A stretch of 64,000 bases of DNA, from positions 5,448,699 to 5,512,698 of the forward strand of contig CM082581.2 in the NCBI GenBank assembly GCA_040954595.2, written 5' to 3'. Under the pieces are notes generated by a model. It had not been told where the DNA came from and did not search any database. It was given only the letters and a program-made list of their open reading frames with translations. The stretch's first letter is position 1; each line of letters starts with the position of its first letter. The DNA comes from Balanoglossus misakiensis. Its lineage: Eukaryota > Animalia > Hemichordata. Below are positions 48,101 through 60,500 of the stretch, in pieces. The translations under genes and the position numbers were made by a program.

Positions 48101-51100
48101 TGCGGTCTATCTGTCAGGTGACTCAGGTCACGACCTGGACGATTCTGGTTTTGGCGAGGACCCGTCTGTCGTGCTGGATTTCATCGTCCGTCAAGGTTTC
48201 ACTGGAGCAGGAAACCTTTCTTGTGCCTTTTGCTTTATGACTAGACCGTTTTGCTCTAATCGTCGCATCAAAATTTTTGCGAATACTCAGTTTTGTACCT
48301 GTCGCTCGTTCGACAACGCGACGACTTTGGCTCAGCACTGACGACCTCGCGACAGTTTTGGTGCAGGTTGGTGCGATAAAAATGTACACAGGTAAAACTA
48401 ATCGTCGATCGTCCATATTTACACATACGAAACATTTATTTATCTTTGCTTATTTTTTATTATCGAAATAAAACCAACAATTGCACTGAATTTTGTCGCC
48501 CTAAGAGGACTTTGTTTACAAGTTTAAAATAGTTCCGTTTGGTGACGTCAGAGGAATGGGTATTACAATAACGCTTGGTGCAAATTTACCTACGTCTGAC
48601 GTCATACTATGGTATATGCGGAGCTATGTATGTGATAATTTACTGAAGTCGCTTGGCAATTTACTTTAATCTTCTGGCGGCTAAGCTCTCCTCAAGACGG
48701 TCACGATTTCTTTGAACTTAATAAATCGGAACAAGGAGATTTAAGCATTACGTTATTTCTGTCATTGCCTGCTGATATTTCCATTTTTATTGTGTCACTT
48801 TTACAAAATTCAAATGTCCGGACCACTTTGATATTTGGCTAGTGAAATCTCTCTCTTTTAAAAAAGGCTTGAAAGTAACTGTTTTGTGACATGGTACATG
48901 TACATGTAAGTAGCCGGAGACGTGTTGTAGAAAACACGTTAATGCAATGATGGTAAGTAAATATTGTTCGTGTACTAGAGATTGGCGAAACTGTCTTTAT
49001 CGGCAAAAGCTGTTGAGTTGCAAAGTTCATGAAGGTCTGGAGTAAAGTCTATCCGCTGTGGTTACTTCCACATGTATTGAAACAGATGTTTTAACATCGT
49101 TCCTCGTCACTTCATAAATTAAAAGTTTGTTTCATGAAGAATTAAAAAGGGAATCACCGTGACAAAATTGCTTGTATGGAATCTACTACGTGGTAAGTAC
49201 TGCAGTAACGGCAAAGAAACGAAGGTGTGCACGTCTGTATATAGAACGCAGCAGAATCCTGAAAGGGCCCATGTGGTGAACAACACTCGCTTTTTTCAGT
49301 TTTTACTGCTAAAGACCGTATGCAACCCAACGTTCTAATTACTTTCCAGGAAATTGAACAGCAGAAAGTCGGGAATTATCAGAGCACCCGAAGGCAAAAG
49401 CTGTGCCGAGGGGATTTGGAATCTGTGCCGAAATGCACTTACGTGTATAGCTTATACACTTCTTATCGTTGAATGCCTCAACAGCTCAACGGAAAACGTT
49501 TCAAAGCATCCAAGTCAACGAGACCATCTCACCATCGAGTATGATGTCGTATAACCTCCAAGCTATTGAGTTAACCACGATGAGATAGCGAAATGATTAA
49601 TGGAGTCTTTTCCTCGTTATTTCGCACTTGGAATTGTAAACTCCGTCGTGACACGTGTACTGTTGCACTACCTAAAGGCCAATGTAAATCGGTAGAAATG
49701 ATTAAACGGAAGGCCACGCCAAAATGACCGCGGTTTACAGTATGCATTGCTTTCTAACGATCAATTGTGGGTACTTTTGCGCAATGCAAACATTAGACGT
49801 GGTTGTCGGTTCGTAATATAGCACGCCGAAACGATTAAACCCTTATTTGATGGCCAGAATTGTCAGCATGCCCCGGTGGTAAATCGCGGAAGAGCCGGTT
49901 AATATGGCTCGCGGGCCTCGTGCAAATAGTCACATTTGGGACACTACAAATTCCCACGACACAGACGACATTTTGTACGCTAAATAAACACAATTTACCG
50001 ATATCTCCCACCTGACATGAAAGGAAATGTTGTTTGGCCGGAGCACCGAACACGTCAACTTGAATTGCGTTTTGCTATTGTCGTATCTCAGTCGGACAAT
50101 TCAGCTAACTCTGGTTTCAAGAGGCATTTTATTATTTAGTTTTAAATCAGTTGTTCAGCATGAGCTTAAAACGAGTAGTGGAATTGATATGTATAGAAGA
50201 ATTATTGGAGTATGGTAAAATTATTTTAAATATAGATATATAAAAAAGTACAACATTATCAAACAAAACGGGTTTTTTGTCCTAACCTCAGTTACATGTA
50301 TGTTGAGATTATTCTAATCAATCATTTATCCCAGATATCCTAAGTTACACAATGCACTTTGCAATGTTAATCTTAGTTCAGTTTCTACTTAGCAAAGTGT
50401 ACATACTGTTTTATTTATGTTTTATGTGTTGTGCTCTAACCATTGAACATCGCATGACACTTGACATCAATGGTATGTTTTAGTGTACGAGCCAGTGACT
50501 AGCTGTGCTGTCGGAAATGTGTGGGTTCGACTCAGGTCTGCGCTCTATTAAGTGAAAATCAATTAGTTTGCTTTTGACTTATCGGTGACTTTACACCGGA
50601 CCGCAATAATCGAAAATTGACTGTACGGCATCATATAAAAAACTTGTAATGTATAAACGATTCATTTGTTAATCGTGACTACTTCCTGCAGATAGAATCC
50701 ACAACAAATATTGATAATACGAGTAAATGTTTGGACGTCGATGTGAGGTCGCCACAGTGTCTCGTATTGATGCAACAAGAAGGGGTCGTTGCTACCAACG
50801 AGAGTACTGTGCCAACAAAAGTAACAGGCAGTACTTGGACGATTACATGAAGTAAAAAGTTATCGCCCGAAGACCTGTCAAGCTCAAGAACTTACAGAAA
50901 TCGGTGTTCCAGTGCAATAGGCAAAATATAGAATGATTAAATTGTGTCACGTGCGTGTGGCATTGTGGCCGCTCTTTATTCCAATTTGTGAAAACAACAC
51001 AGTCCACTTTAACTCAATTAGTTAATCAACCAGGAAAATCAAATTGTTCCAAAGTAATTTTGATAAACATCAGCTAAACTGTCATTAAATTTGCATATTG

Positions 51101-54100
51101 ATTGTATTGGTATTTCCAAATTCATTAACTAGACCTTTTGGGTCAGGCAATTTACGGAGTGGTTCTGGTTTGTGGATTTCGATAAGGCGATTAGTGTTTT
51201 AACTTTTCGTCCATCAATAATTGTCGCCTCCGTAATGTGACAAGTAGTAGGCATCTGATGAACTGTTCGAAACTCCGGAACGGCCGCGTCAACGTTTTAA
51301 TTTCTAAAAACACACACCGAAGTTTGAGAACTTCGGAAAACAATCACGCATCGACCCCGGCCATGATTTAAGCTGATCTCGGATCTCATCTGTCGGAATG
51401 GACGTATTACATGTAATTACAATTTCTATTCATTCTCCGCGCGCACGCCAATTGAAAGCGAATGGAGAGCCTCTGCACTTTTAAGTCGATGATGTGGAAA
51501 GAGATAATCACGAACTTATCACGTGATACTACTGGGACATACTTGTGCATTCGCGCGAGGTGGGGGGGGGGGGTTCTATGTGCCCAGGTGGAGTACTGGT
51601 ATCAGATATCCATACCACTGCTCTGAGCCCATTGTCGGTTCTGGGATCATACGGGTCTGTGCCAAGCTCAATTTCAATTCATAGTTTATAGGCAAAACTT
51701 GGGTAACTGTAGCAACGAGGCCATCTAAACCATCATGGCAATGTGCTCGAGAAAGGTGCCTTCTTCTTTGCTTGGTTACGAGAGACATGCTCACCATGGT
51801 TCCTGCCGTACGGCTAGAAGCCCATATGGGATTCGGCTGAAGTATGCTACATGTATATGTATCTATATACACCAAGGCATAGTATCGGGCTGTAGCATAT
51901 GTGCCCAGATTGTACATTCGTTTTGGGTTCTTTGAAAAGCTTGTGCGTCTTTAATTATCTTATACTCAGAAGATATGTGTACAGGGACGTAAACATCACA
52001 TATCAAACACAACATTACACGCGGTATTAGAAATTAATAGTGTTTTGATCATTAACACCGCATTGAATCGTTGACCTTGTCGGCGCGCTGAATCGAAAAA
52101 CTTGATTTATCGTTGGAAAATTAATTTTGTGCAAGTCCGTCGGCTCGTGAACCTGTAGCTTTTATGATTCAAGCACCAGTCCAGGACGTTCGGATTGTTT
52201 ATTTCCTCTGTTCACTGGAAAAGTGATTTCGTCTGCACGAATAGCCTTAACGTGATGAGTTAGCTCATTTCACAAAAGCAGTGACACCACTGTATTGTGT
52301 GTCAGGATGCGCTTTGCAGGAATTGATTGGAAATTTATGATTTATGTCCAAAACAGATAATGATACATATACACATCGATCTATTGAGTTACATAGGTCC
52401 AGGGCTTTAGCACGCTGTTTACACATCGATCTTAATTTCAAAAGCGCTGCCTTAGTACAAAACAGTCGTGCGTATGACAGCCATTATTTGTTTCGGGTGT
52501 CAGATAACCCAGGAATGTTTTCTATCTCATTTATATACTCAATATTAATAGTTGTAATCAGGATATTCCCATTACATGATAACGTGTTACTAGTATTCAG
52601 ATAGATACATCAATGATTGATGCTCAGCATAAACAACACTGGATGCATGTACACGTTCGAGTGTCTCCTGTAAATCAGTGTTCTGCTTTTGCAGCGAAGC
52701 TATACGCACTACATTTCCCGTTATTATGTTAAAGTTCAGGTGATTTTGTTCAGCACGTTAACACTTGTTAGAGAATGATAGAGCATCCTGAATTGTTATT
52801 ATCGATCAATTACTTTTACATTACTGCAGACACCACATACGCATGTCTTTTAAAAATATATATTTTTTCTTGCCTGTACATGTATGCTACGCTTCGAGGT
52901 ATCGGCACATTAAAATTGAATATCGGAGCGTTGCGTCACTGACGTAATATATTACCAGGCGGCTAACAGTATTATTATCTTCCCATTTGTATGAACCGAG
53001 TCAAGGAGGGGCATTTCAAATATCAAATCAGAATAAATAACAACTCGAAGCGTTGTGGCCTTTTTGACTTTTTTCTCTCACGTGCAACCCAGTAAAAACA
53101 GAAAATGCGAATTTCTCCGTAATGGCCTTTCTAACGCGGCGTGTCTGATGATTGCGAGCTATAAACCTGACCGGCGGCTTATTCGTTTCTCTCCAGCTCT
53201 ATACGCAAATACATTAATAATCTTTTAGGTGAGTGGGAAAAAAACACGAGGTATATACGGGCATGGTTCGTAGCGTTCAAGAGCGAACAAATTTACAGAA
53301 GGCAAAGCTGGCGTGAAATCAATAATACACCTCATCAATTATAAAAGTGATATCATGTAGCCAGAACTTGAAACGCAGCTGATGGGTTAGCTGTCGGGAT
53401 GTATATTCATTTAAAAGCCAACATGCTCGCTGTGCCGCTAAAACTATTCCTGGTTTAGTACAGCGCGAAAAACAGATAAATCAAAATGAAATATGGTAGA
53501 ATATGTTTCAAAAAGAATGTATTGTTTGAAAAATTATAAAGTGACTTGGTCGAGTTTTGTGAAATATAAAAGTGTGACGCGGTATTCTCCATTCATACAA
53601 ACCTGCTATTAACGTAGTATACATGTAAATACAACCACTATATCATTTATTATGCTAGTCACACACACAAATCGATTCTTCGAGATTCAATTTCGAATCA
53701 ATTTAAATTTCCCTTGAATGGATGCATAAATGTAGGATTCTTTATCAATGGGATCGGACAGGACGTGTCGTGGACATTATTGTAAACTCTGACTCTTTTT
53801 TGGTCCGATAAATTGAACCAGGTTGCGTTAAATTCAATCTGTTTCAACTAACGTTAGAGCGCGCGTTGACAATTATCGAATGAAAATTGAACAATGCTAT
53901 TCCCAATAGAGGTGCCAACTCGATTGTCGTTGGTTTACACTCATACATGATTACTATAACGTAACGTGTAGAAATATTCTTGACTCACGCAAGCTCGACA
54001 GTGCTAGTGATTGTAATGGCTTGCAAGTTGGCTTTTGGTTTGCATTGCAAAAAACGACATGTTCATTAAAATTAAAAACAGACAGTGGTGTATAATTATG

Positions 54101-54187
54101 AAGAAGTGGAGACTTACCTTGTGGCCAACAGAGAAGGAACACGAACAGCACAAGTCCGGCTTGCGTTGACTCTGTTATCCTCACCAT
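30934..54187 (-). CDS. Gene B: complete nAChR-family subunit, alpha9/alpha10-like, lacking vicinal cysteines, 500 aa; complement(join(30934..31541,32828..33154,34762..34964,35392..35501,36205..36249,40813..40952,54118..54187))
   Basis: Seven exons with GT-AG boundaries and matching phases (70+140+45+110+203+327+608 = 1503 nt = 500 aa plus stop). They encode a signal peptide, RPV motif, [13 protein letters not shown], Cys-loop and M1-M4. The 140/45/110-nt exons are the typical nAChR N-terminal exon sizes. Confidence 0.93.
32828..33154 (-). CDS. Gene B exon 6 (327 nt): loop C ([12 protein letters not shown]), M1, M2 ([38 protein letters not shown])
   Basis: Acceptor tcgtag and donor gtaagt. 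It lies within ORF 32796..33188. Confidence 0.95.
34762..34964 (-). CDS. Gene B exon 5 (203 nt): Cys-loop [15 protein letters not shown], loop B FGTWQYDG
   Basis: Acceptor tttcag and donor gtaagc. It lies within ORF 34742..34993. Confidence 0.95.
35392..35501 (-). CDS. Gene B exon 4 (110 nt): [37 protein letters not shown]
   Basis: Acceptor taatag and donor gtatgc. It is homologous to gene A exon 380-489. Confidence 0.95.
36205..36249 (-). CDS. Gene B exon 3 (45 nt): [15 protein letters not shown] (loop D Trp)
   Basis: Acceptor ttccag and donor gtgagt. It is a typical DEKNQ-type 45-nt exon. Confidence 0.93.
39029..39145. repeat. Compound (GTCT)n-(CT)n microsatellite in gene B intron 2
   Basis: Read directly from the sequence. 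Confidence 0.95.
40039..40378. mobile_element. Possible decayed ~340-bp non-autonomous DNA transposon flanked by TTAA (Kolobok/piggyBac-type target site)
   Basis: ttaa-agtagcatgtgcctcg ... caaggagcgtgtcacc-ttaa. The putative inverted ends match at only ~9/16, so support is weak. Confidence 0.3.
40813..40952 (-). CDS. Gene B exon 2 (140 nt): [47 protein letters not shown]
   Basis: Acceptor tcgcag and donor gtaagc. It has the N-terminal helix and YxxxxRPV motif, with phase 1 in and phase 0 out. Confidence 0.93.
44674..44882. repeat. Old diverged local direct duplication (~90-120 bp spacing)
   Basis: agaagaaactacctatctgggtataat (44674) resembles agaagaaacgacatatctgggcagaat (44764). taatcaatttaaggattcattgccaccaaaacga (44697) resembles taatcagtttaaggattcgttcccgccgagacga (44818). 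Confidence 0.6.
47831..48638. mobile_element. ~810-bp non-autonomous element: a 166-bp terminal palindrome plus a 21-bp inverted-repeat pair, in gene B intron 1
   Basis: 47831-47996 folds back on itself (atataattcccccgtatt...gtatccctcc / ggagggatac...aatacgggggaattatat). ttatcacatacatagatccgc (47999-48019) matches the reverse complement of 48618-48638 at 20/21. Confidence 0.7.
54118..54187 (-). CDS. Gene B exon 1 (70 nt coding): signal peptide [23 protein letters not shown](G)
   Basis: The ATG is in an accATGg context, followed by a hydrophobic core. A strong AAG|gtaagt donor in phase 1 matches exon 2, implying a 13.2-kb first intron. Confidence 0.8.
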
Positions 54188-54329
54188 GGTACAGGTTGGA
54201 TGTTTCTGACAACTCTTCTTTTGTTCTCAACTGGTTTCAGCATCCACACACACCGACCCGGCTCTCAACAGACCGCAGCTGCCAAACAGAAGACGGGAAG
54301 GATGAGTTTTGAAGCAGAGCAAAAAAAGC

Positions 54330-54551
54330 GCGTTCGGCGCGGGCCGGGCGGGCGAGAGATTACCGCGGTTTGCTTTGCTAGATTGATATACACGGGGCAA
54401 TATCCACGCGCTGCGACGACGCTGTCAACCGAGACGATAGGGAAATCAAACTAATCGGGCAGGTTATGAACAAACAAGACCGGTATTGGTTATTTGTTAA
54501 ATGACGACAATCTTGCAATGTGAGGGATGACCCTATATAAAGTGGCCCGCC
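54330..54551 (-). promoter_or_regulatory. Candidate proximal promoter / 5' region of gene B
   Basis: A GC-rich patch lies at 54330-54355. On the - strand there is a GGGCGG box (54551-54546), TATATA (54539-54534) and CCAAT (54489-54485), all within ~360 bp upstream of the ATG. The motifs are short and the transcription start is unknown. Confidence 0.3.
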
Positions 54552-57500
54552 CTCAGAATTTGACCTGGGGACGAAATTAAATTCCGGCTTATGTTCTGAA
54601 TTGGGCAACAGAGCGTAAGGCAGGATCACAAATTACCTCCTACTTTGGATTCCTTGCGGTGAAAATTGTAGCTATACAGCGGGAGTAAATTAACACCCTA
54701 GGAAAGCAGACGAACGCGGCACACTACCCTATAGTCAGGCCATCATTATACTCTCAAATGACAGAAACACCACGAGTCAAACGCGGCCATACTTCCATGC
54801 AGTTACGCCAGCGGCAAGCCACATACAGCAACGCTCGGATTACCCGCCTCCACCACACAACACTTCTCGATGAATCCCCTGCACGCCCGGCGCCGAATCC
54901 TCTTATGCCAGATTGGAATCAAAAGCTATCGCTGGCGTGGACGTGTGCAGAGTATACTGTGCAGGTACAAAATACCCCCCCCCCCCCACATTCGAACCGC
55001 ATTGCAGTGTTGGTAACGGTGATCATGGCAACCGCATCACTTTGTCCTGACGGTCGTATATTTAAGAGTCGCCATAGAAATGTCGTTTCGCCGTAAATCT
55101 TAAGGGATGGCAAAGTAATTGCCGCGAAAGGGAAATCCGTCGAGTCATTTTCTGCAAAACACACTCTTTCAATTATAATCACAATGGCAAGTTTCTTAGA
55201 AACCTGCCTATTAAAATCGACCGATTTATCAATACACGTGTTAACTATACCTCGACTTGTAGCCTCACAATAACCCCGCTTCGTTTTGCTTGTCTGTCAA
55301 ACGGACAACTTGTGCGTATAAAGAATGCATCAACGTAGCGCATATATTTGAATGCGGATATTAGACTGGCAGCGGAAGATATTTCACTTAACCATGCATT
55401 ATGTGCACCGCTATATTTTGCAATCCGCCAAGCGTGTAATGTAAGTGAAAGACAATCAGTCGCGATTGGTTTCGCGTTCGGACGCAGATGGCGCCGTCTA
55501 TATACCAACGATGTCCGCTGATGTCACGCGTGATGCATACAGAATAACAGTCGCGTACAGTTTGACAGGACAAGATTATAAGGACTATTTTAGATATAAT
55601 TTGATTGTGTAATATAAAGGTCCATGGTCAGAGAATATCAATGTGGTTATATTTAAATAAGAGATCAAATTCAGCTGTCGACGCACGATGTGACATTGTT
55701 ATCCCGCAACATGAGTTTAATAGAGACTCCTTTATTTTAATAATGCAAAGTTTGTTAACAACGAGTTGCAATTTGCATAGGTATTTTCAGTGTAAGTTAC
55801 TGATTTGGACGGAAGATCTATCTCTGAATTTGTTTTTCATTTGGCAGGGTCCTTTGCCCTATAATTTGGTGATCAGTGTTTTCGTAATGGTAAAAATGGA
55901 TGTTCTTTACCGACTATACAATCGCGATCATGACCGCGGAGATGACGCATGCGGTGCACGTGGTGGTTTTCGTGACGAAAGCCGGCGTCGTCAGTGGTTC
56001 TATTTATGAATTCTTGTTGACATTGCTCATAGAAACCGCGGCAGTTTTATTTTTGTTGAGATATTAATAAGCCATATCAAAGTTTCCAAACAGATGATAA
56101 AAAACACCTGTTAGATTTTCAAAAGTCCCGCTTCACATCGCAGCACGAAACTGTGTACATTTGTACGTGTTTGGTGTGACCAGATCGTTAAAGTGTAACA
56201 GACGATACGCAATGTCAACTCTATATGTCGAAATTATTCACGCGGCTACTTGAACGAATTACCGAATTAATTCTCTTATATTCCACTTTCCACGAACTCC
56301 CGGCATTTCAACAGGAAAAGTGAGCGCCGCGGCATCCTGATGTCACAACAGACAGATTCTGATCGGTTAATTAAACTACTGGACGCTGCTGCTGGCGTTT
56401 CTATTGCTGGTGTGTTAAAGACTGCATACTCGTCCGCACGTGTGAGTAGAACAGAATGTCAAAATATAGACGAACTAATAATAACGACGTACACCATCTT
56501 TAAAATTGAGGTGGATAATGTTCTTTCCACTTCAAATGACGAGCCCACTGCACTGACATACCAAATAACTATAGTCATTATTCCGAGACCCTGAGCTAGA
56601 CCTCCACGAAGCCACAAATTCCTACAGGGACGTGACAATCACCTTGACGGTTCATGCATGCATCGAAACTGATACGGGCACTTTCCAATGGTTTCATTCA
56701 GATAATGCTCCTGGATCTGCCGTTGATGATCTGCTAAGGAAGGTCGCCAGGATATTAGACTCCCCTATGAATTTAGGAAAATCTGTAATTACCAGTCGCC
56801 GCTGTAAATTATAGATGCGCACAATCAGTAGCCAAGCCGACAGTGATTGGGGTGTTGACCAGCGCCCGACAACCAGTGTGAAGTATTTAGTAGTGTCCTT
56901 GACCATGGGAGAAGCAGCGCCCTATGCTCTATCTAACCATGACTTGTGCATACATTAAAACAAAGAGGTTCTAATCCAATTATCACGACAATGTTAGATG
57001 TCATCTGTGGAATGTCAAAATTGAAGTGAATATTACATGTAATGCACGATAAAGGTATTAAGCTTTTTTCCACGAAAATGACAGACCAACAGAATGTCGT
57101 CAACTAAGCTTTCGTAATGAAAATGTTTATGCTTGTAGATGAGAAAACATGGCATAATGTAATTGTCAAGCCGTGATGATACTGCCGTACTTTTTCATGG
57201 TTATGACATTGATGACTATACACTGATACATCTGAATTGCAAGCTGGGTACATTTCCCCCGGCTGACGAATTCGACATTTTCCTGCGACTGACACTTGGA
57301 GTAGATATCTAGTCAACATTTTCATTCAGAGCATAACTTTTTTTTAAATCGTTATCTTGCAATTGGACGCATTCTTCCCATTTTCATGAATAGCCTAAAC
57401 ACTAATTCTTGCGATACGTTGGTAATTGGAATCTTGACAGCAGATATCGGAATGTTCTGAACTGTAAAAAAGGCCATGTTTCTATTTCATTCGAAGAATA

Positions 57501-60500
57501 GTACATCGTCTCATCTGCGTATAGAACGCGAAATGAATATTAACAAAGGTTTTGGAAGCAGCATACATTGTACAGACTGCTCTCAATTGTGACTGCGTCT
57601 TGGGGGTTGAATAATTCGAGGCGCAATCAGTCAAATATTTACTTGTAGATTGCTTTCTGATCTTGATATCACTGGACATCATTCATCCGTTCATTCATTC
57701 ATTTTAAAAATGAAAGGTACCCATTTCCCGTTAACCTTGAATGCGCTTTCCTATCAAGATACAACTTGAGTTTGCCACGCGTTTCCATTAACGTCACTAA
57801 ATAACCTCGATAGATTAATCTAACTTCATGTCGATCGTTCAAAATGCTCGTCACATCGTCGCAATTAGCCATCTCTTGTCAATATTTCAGGAAGTCGGCT
57901 CGGCAGGATTATTAAAACATCAACGACCGTAAATCGCCTGTATACCATCCCTGATCAGCGACGAACTTAGTTAAGGAGAGAATCGTGTACTGTTAGACGT
58001 TGATGAGAAGGTTTGCGAGCCTTCGAAACTCCTTTGAACAAGGGGAAAATTGCTCAATTGACTGTAATCAGATAAATGGTAGAGTGGACGTAGAGGATCA
58101 GACTGTCGATAATTCGATATTAGGTCTTTAGGAGAGTGGGGACGCGGCGGAGTGGTTCTAGAACACCCAAAATGGAAGATTAAAAGCAGCACTTTATTCT
58201 ATTAAAACGCACTAGACTTCGCATTAGTGAGATAACATTGCCCGGGAATTGGAAAAGTTGTTGGCCGTGTTCCCGTATCAGATTTGAGATGCGTGGAAGA
58301 TTTGTTCGATGAATCGTTGAATGACATTAACGCAATGGAATTGCCTGGGAGTTAATTAAGCCACTCGATAGAGAGTGCATTTACGCTCGCATTTTTTTTG
58401 TCGAAGTGACTTGGGACACAACGTTGAACCATTTGGATGTTTTTCTTTAACTTGTGGAAAGAGCATAAGGCCAAAGGAAGTAAATTCTTTGTTTTGCGTC
58501 CGCGTAGGTTTTCAGAGGTTTAAAAAAACACAAAGTTGTCTTGAGAAATTTTGCTCTCGGCCAATATTGCGTCACAAAAATAAGCCATGACTTTCATATT
58601 GCAGCAACATACTTCTTTGTGCAGACACACGACAGTCATAAAACCACTTTGCAATGTAACATGGCCATGTCAAATCACTATACAGGAACACACATATAGC
58701 AAGACAAAACTGTCAATGAAGGCATATTGTTTTGTGTTAAATTTTGTGTGTGTGTTTTATAACCACTTAGCCGCCTACCTTTCGGAATTTTTAGCGGACG
58801 CCAAACAAAGAATTTACTTACTTTGGCCTGAGTATTTAACCTGTATTGGACTGAACGCGCAGCGATCGATGTACATTTTACGTTAACAAAAAATGCTTAA
58901 ATATCACTCGAAGAATTCGTGAGCCTGAGGGCCAACCGGACACTTAAACCTATTTTTTGCATTTGCAAAGGAACGTTTGATTTCGGTGTAAACTCATTCT
59001 AACGCTACTTAGTGTTACAAATGGATTGTGTTTTCCTCAATTTGTGCCATTTCGATCGCTAACATTAGTGATGGAAAACAATTTCCGCCGTGGAAACAGC
59101 AACATCACGTCGAAAACGCAGTTATGTACTTCATACAGTCTAGGCAACTCAACGCGGAAACCACTCAAGGTCGGGACTGTGAAAAACCTTTCACACGGGA
59201 AAACATTTCAAATTACTTTCAGTGGGTTTTAATCGCAAATATATACGCCCGATCACTAGGAACAAATATGATCATTCCGTATCTGGGCGAGGAAACTGTG
59301 TCAAGGTATGCATGACTATATACATGCCACGTCAGCAAAAGACCAGACATCAATCACGGCATTAACAGAAAGCACATCAAATTCACCAGAAAGTACATCT
59401 ACAACACTATATCACCAAATAACCTTTAAGTATACATATTGGTTTTTACACTCGAATTATTTTCGTGATCTCTTGCAGCGTTTGACATATATACCCAGTA
59501 ATAAATAATCTTTTGAAAATCCTTAGCTGTCAACGAGTTGTGTCTTTGCTGTGCATATGTGCGTTACCTCTAAAGGAATCGCGAAATTTCTTCACGGGTC
59601 GATTTAGGGATTATATTTCGCTTAAAAGTCTGATTTTACCATATGGTACGCGTTTTGCAAATATCAAATCAAGACTATCACGGCATATACATGTAGTACA
59701 TAGGCCCACCATCAAATACATACGATCAATTTGTATCAAGTTGAAGCTTCTCATCGGCGGGTTCCGTATAACTTGGCGATTACGTCACCGTTATTTTTCC
59801 TCACTTGCGAAGTATGTGCGTGTTTCGTTTCCATGGGAATATGATCACACTATTGAACACACTCTCGCAAAAGCAGACAGTTTGTGCACAGCGATATGGG
59901 ACAACCGCTGACCGCCGCACATCATGGAACGTAGACTGTACAGAATCGATGACAGTTAATGGGCAACTTTGATATGGTGAAAGGCTGTCCAAGAATGATT
60001 ACAAGTTGAATGAATCAACGGCCTATATCGAATACAAATGACAGGCGGTTTAGATAGGCTAAGCTCGAGTATAACTAGTGATATTGTGACGTTTTAGCGC
60101 ACCTGATAAGATTGGAACGATACCCAAAATTACTGGAAACTTCCCAAGGGAGACCTCGAGAGGGCGTGAACCTGTGATTGCGATACATATTATTTGTACA
60201 TCATGTAGTTTACACGTTTTCGTTGCGGTATAGATTGTCATATTACCAGCTAGTGACAACATGTTTATTTATGAACACCAACTGACATCCGATAGTCTGC
60301 TAATCATAATAGTGTTGACCTAAAATGATTAAGAGATTAACAGATCGTACGCCAAGTATTTCAAAAAAGGGAAAATAAATAGGTCAACAGCAACGACATG
60401 CCTATGTAAAAAAACTGAATGCAAGGGCTTGGTCCTATTGTCCGGACAGGATCTCCATTGAAGCTACCAGCGCAATCAGATAGGGATTTTAACATGCGGC

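Noticed and set aside
47859-48471. ORFs inside the palindromic element as a possible transposase or recombinase
   Set aside because: They are short, have no DDE, tyrosine-recombinase or HUH motifs, and arise from GC-rich palindromic sequence.
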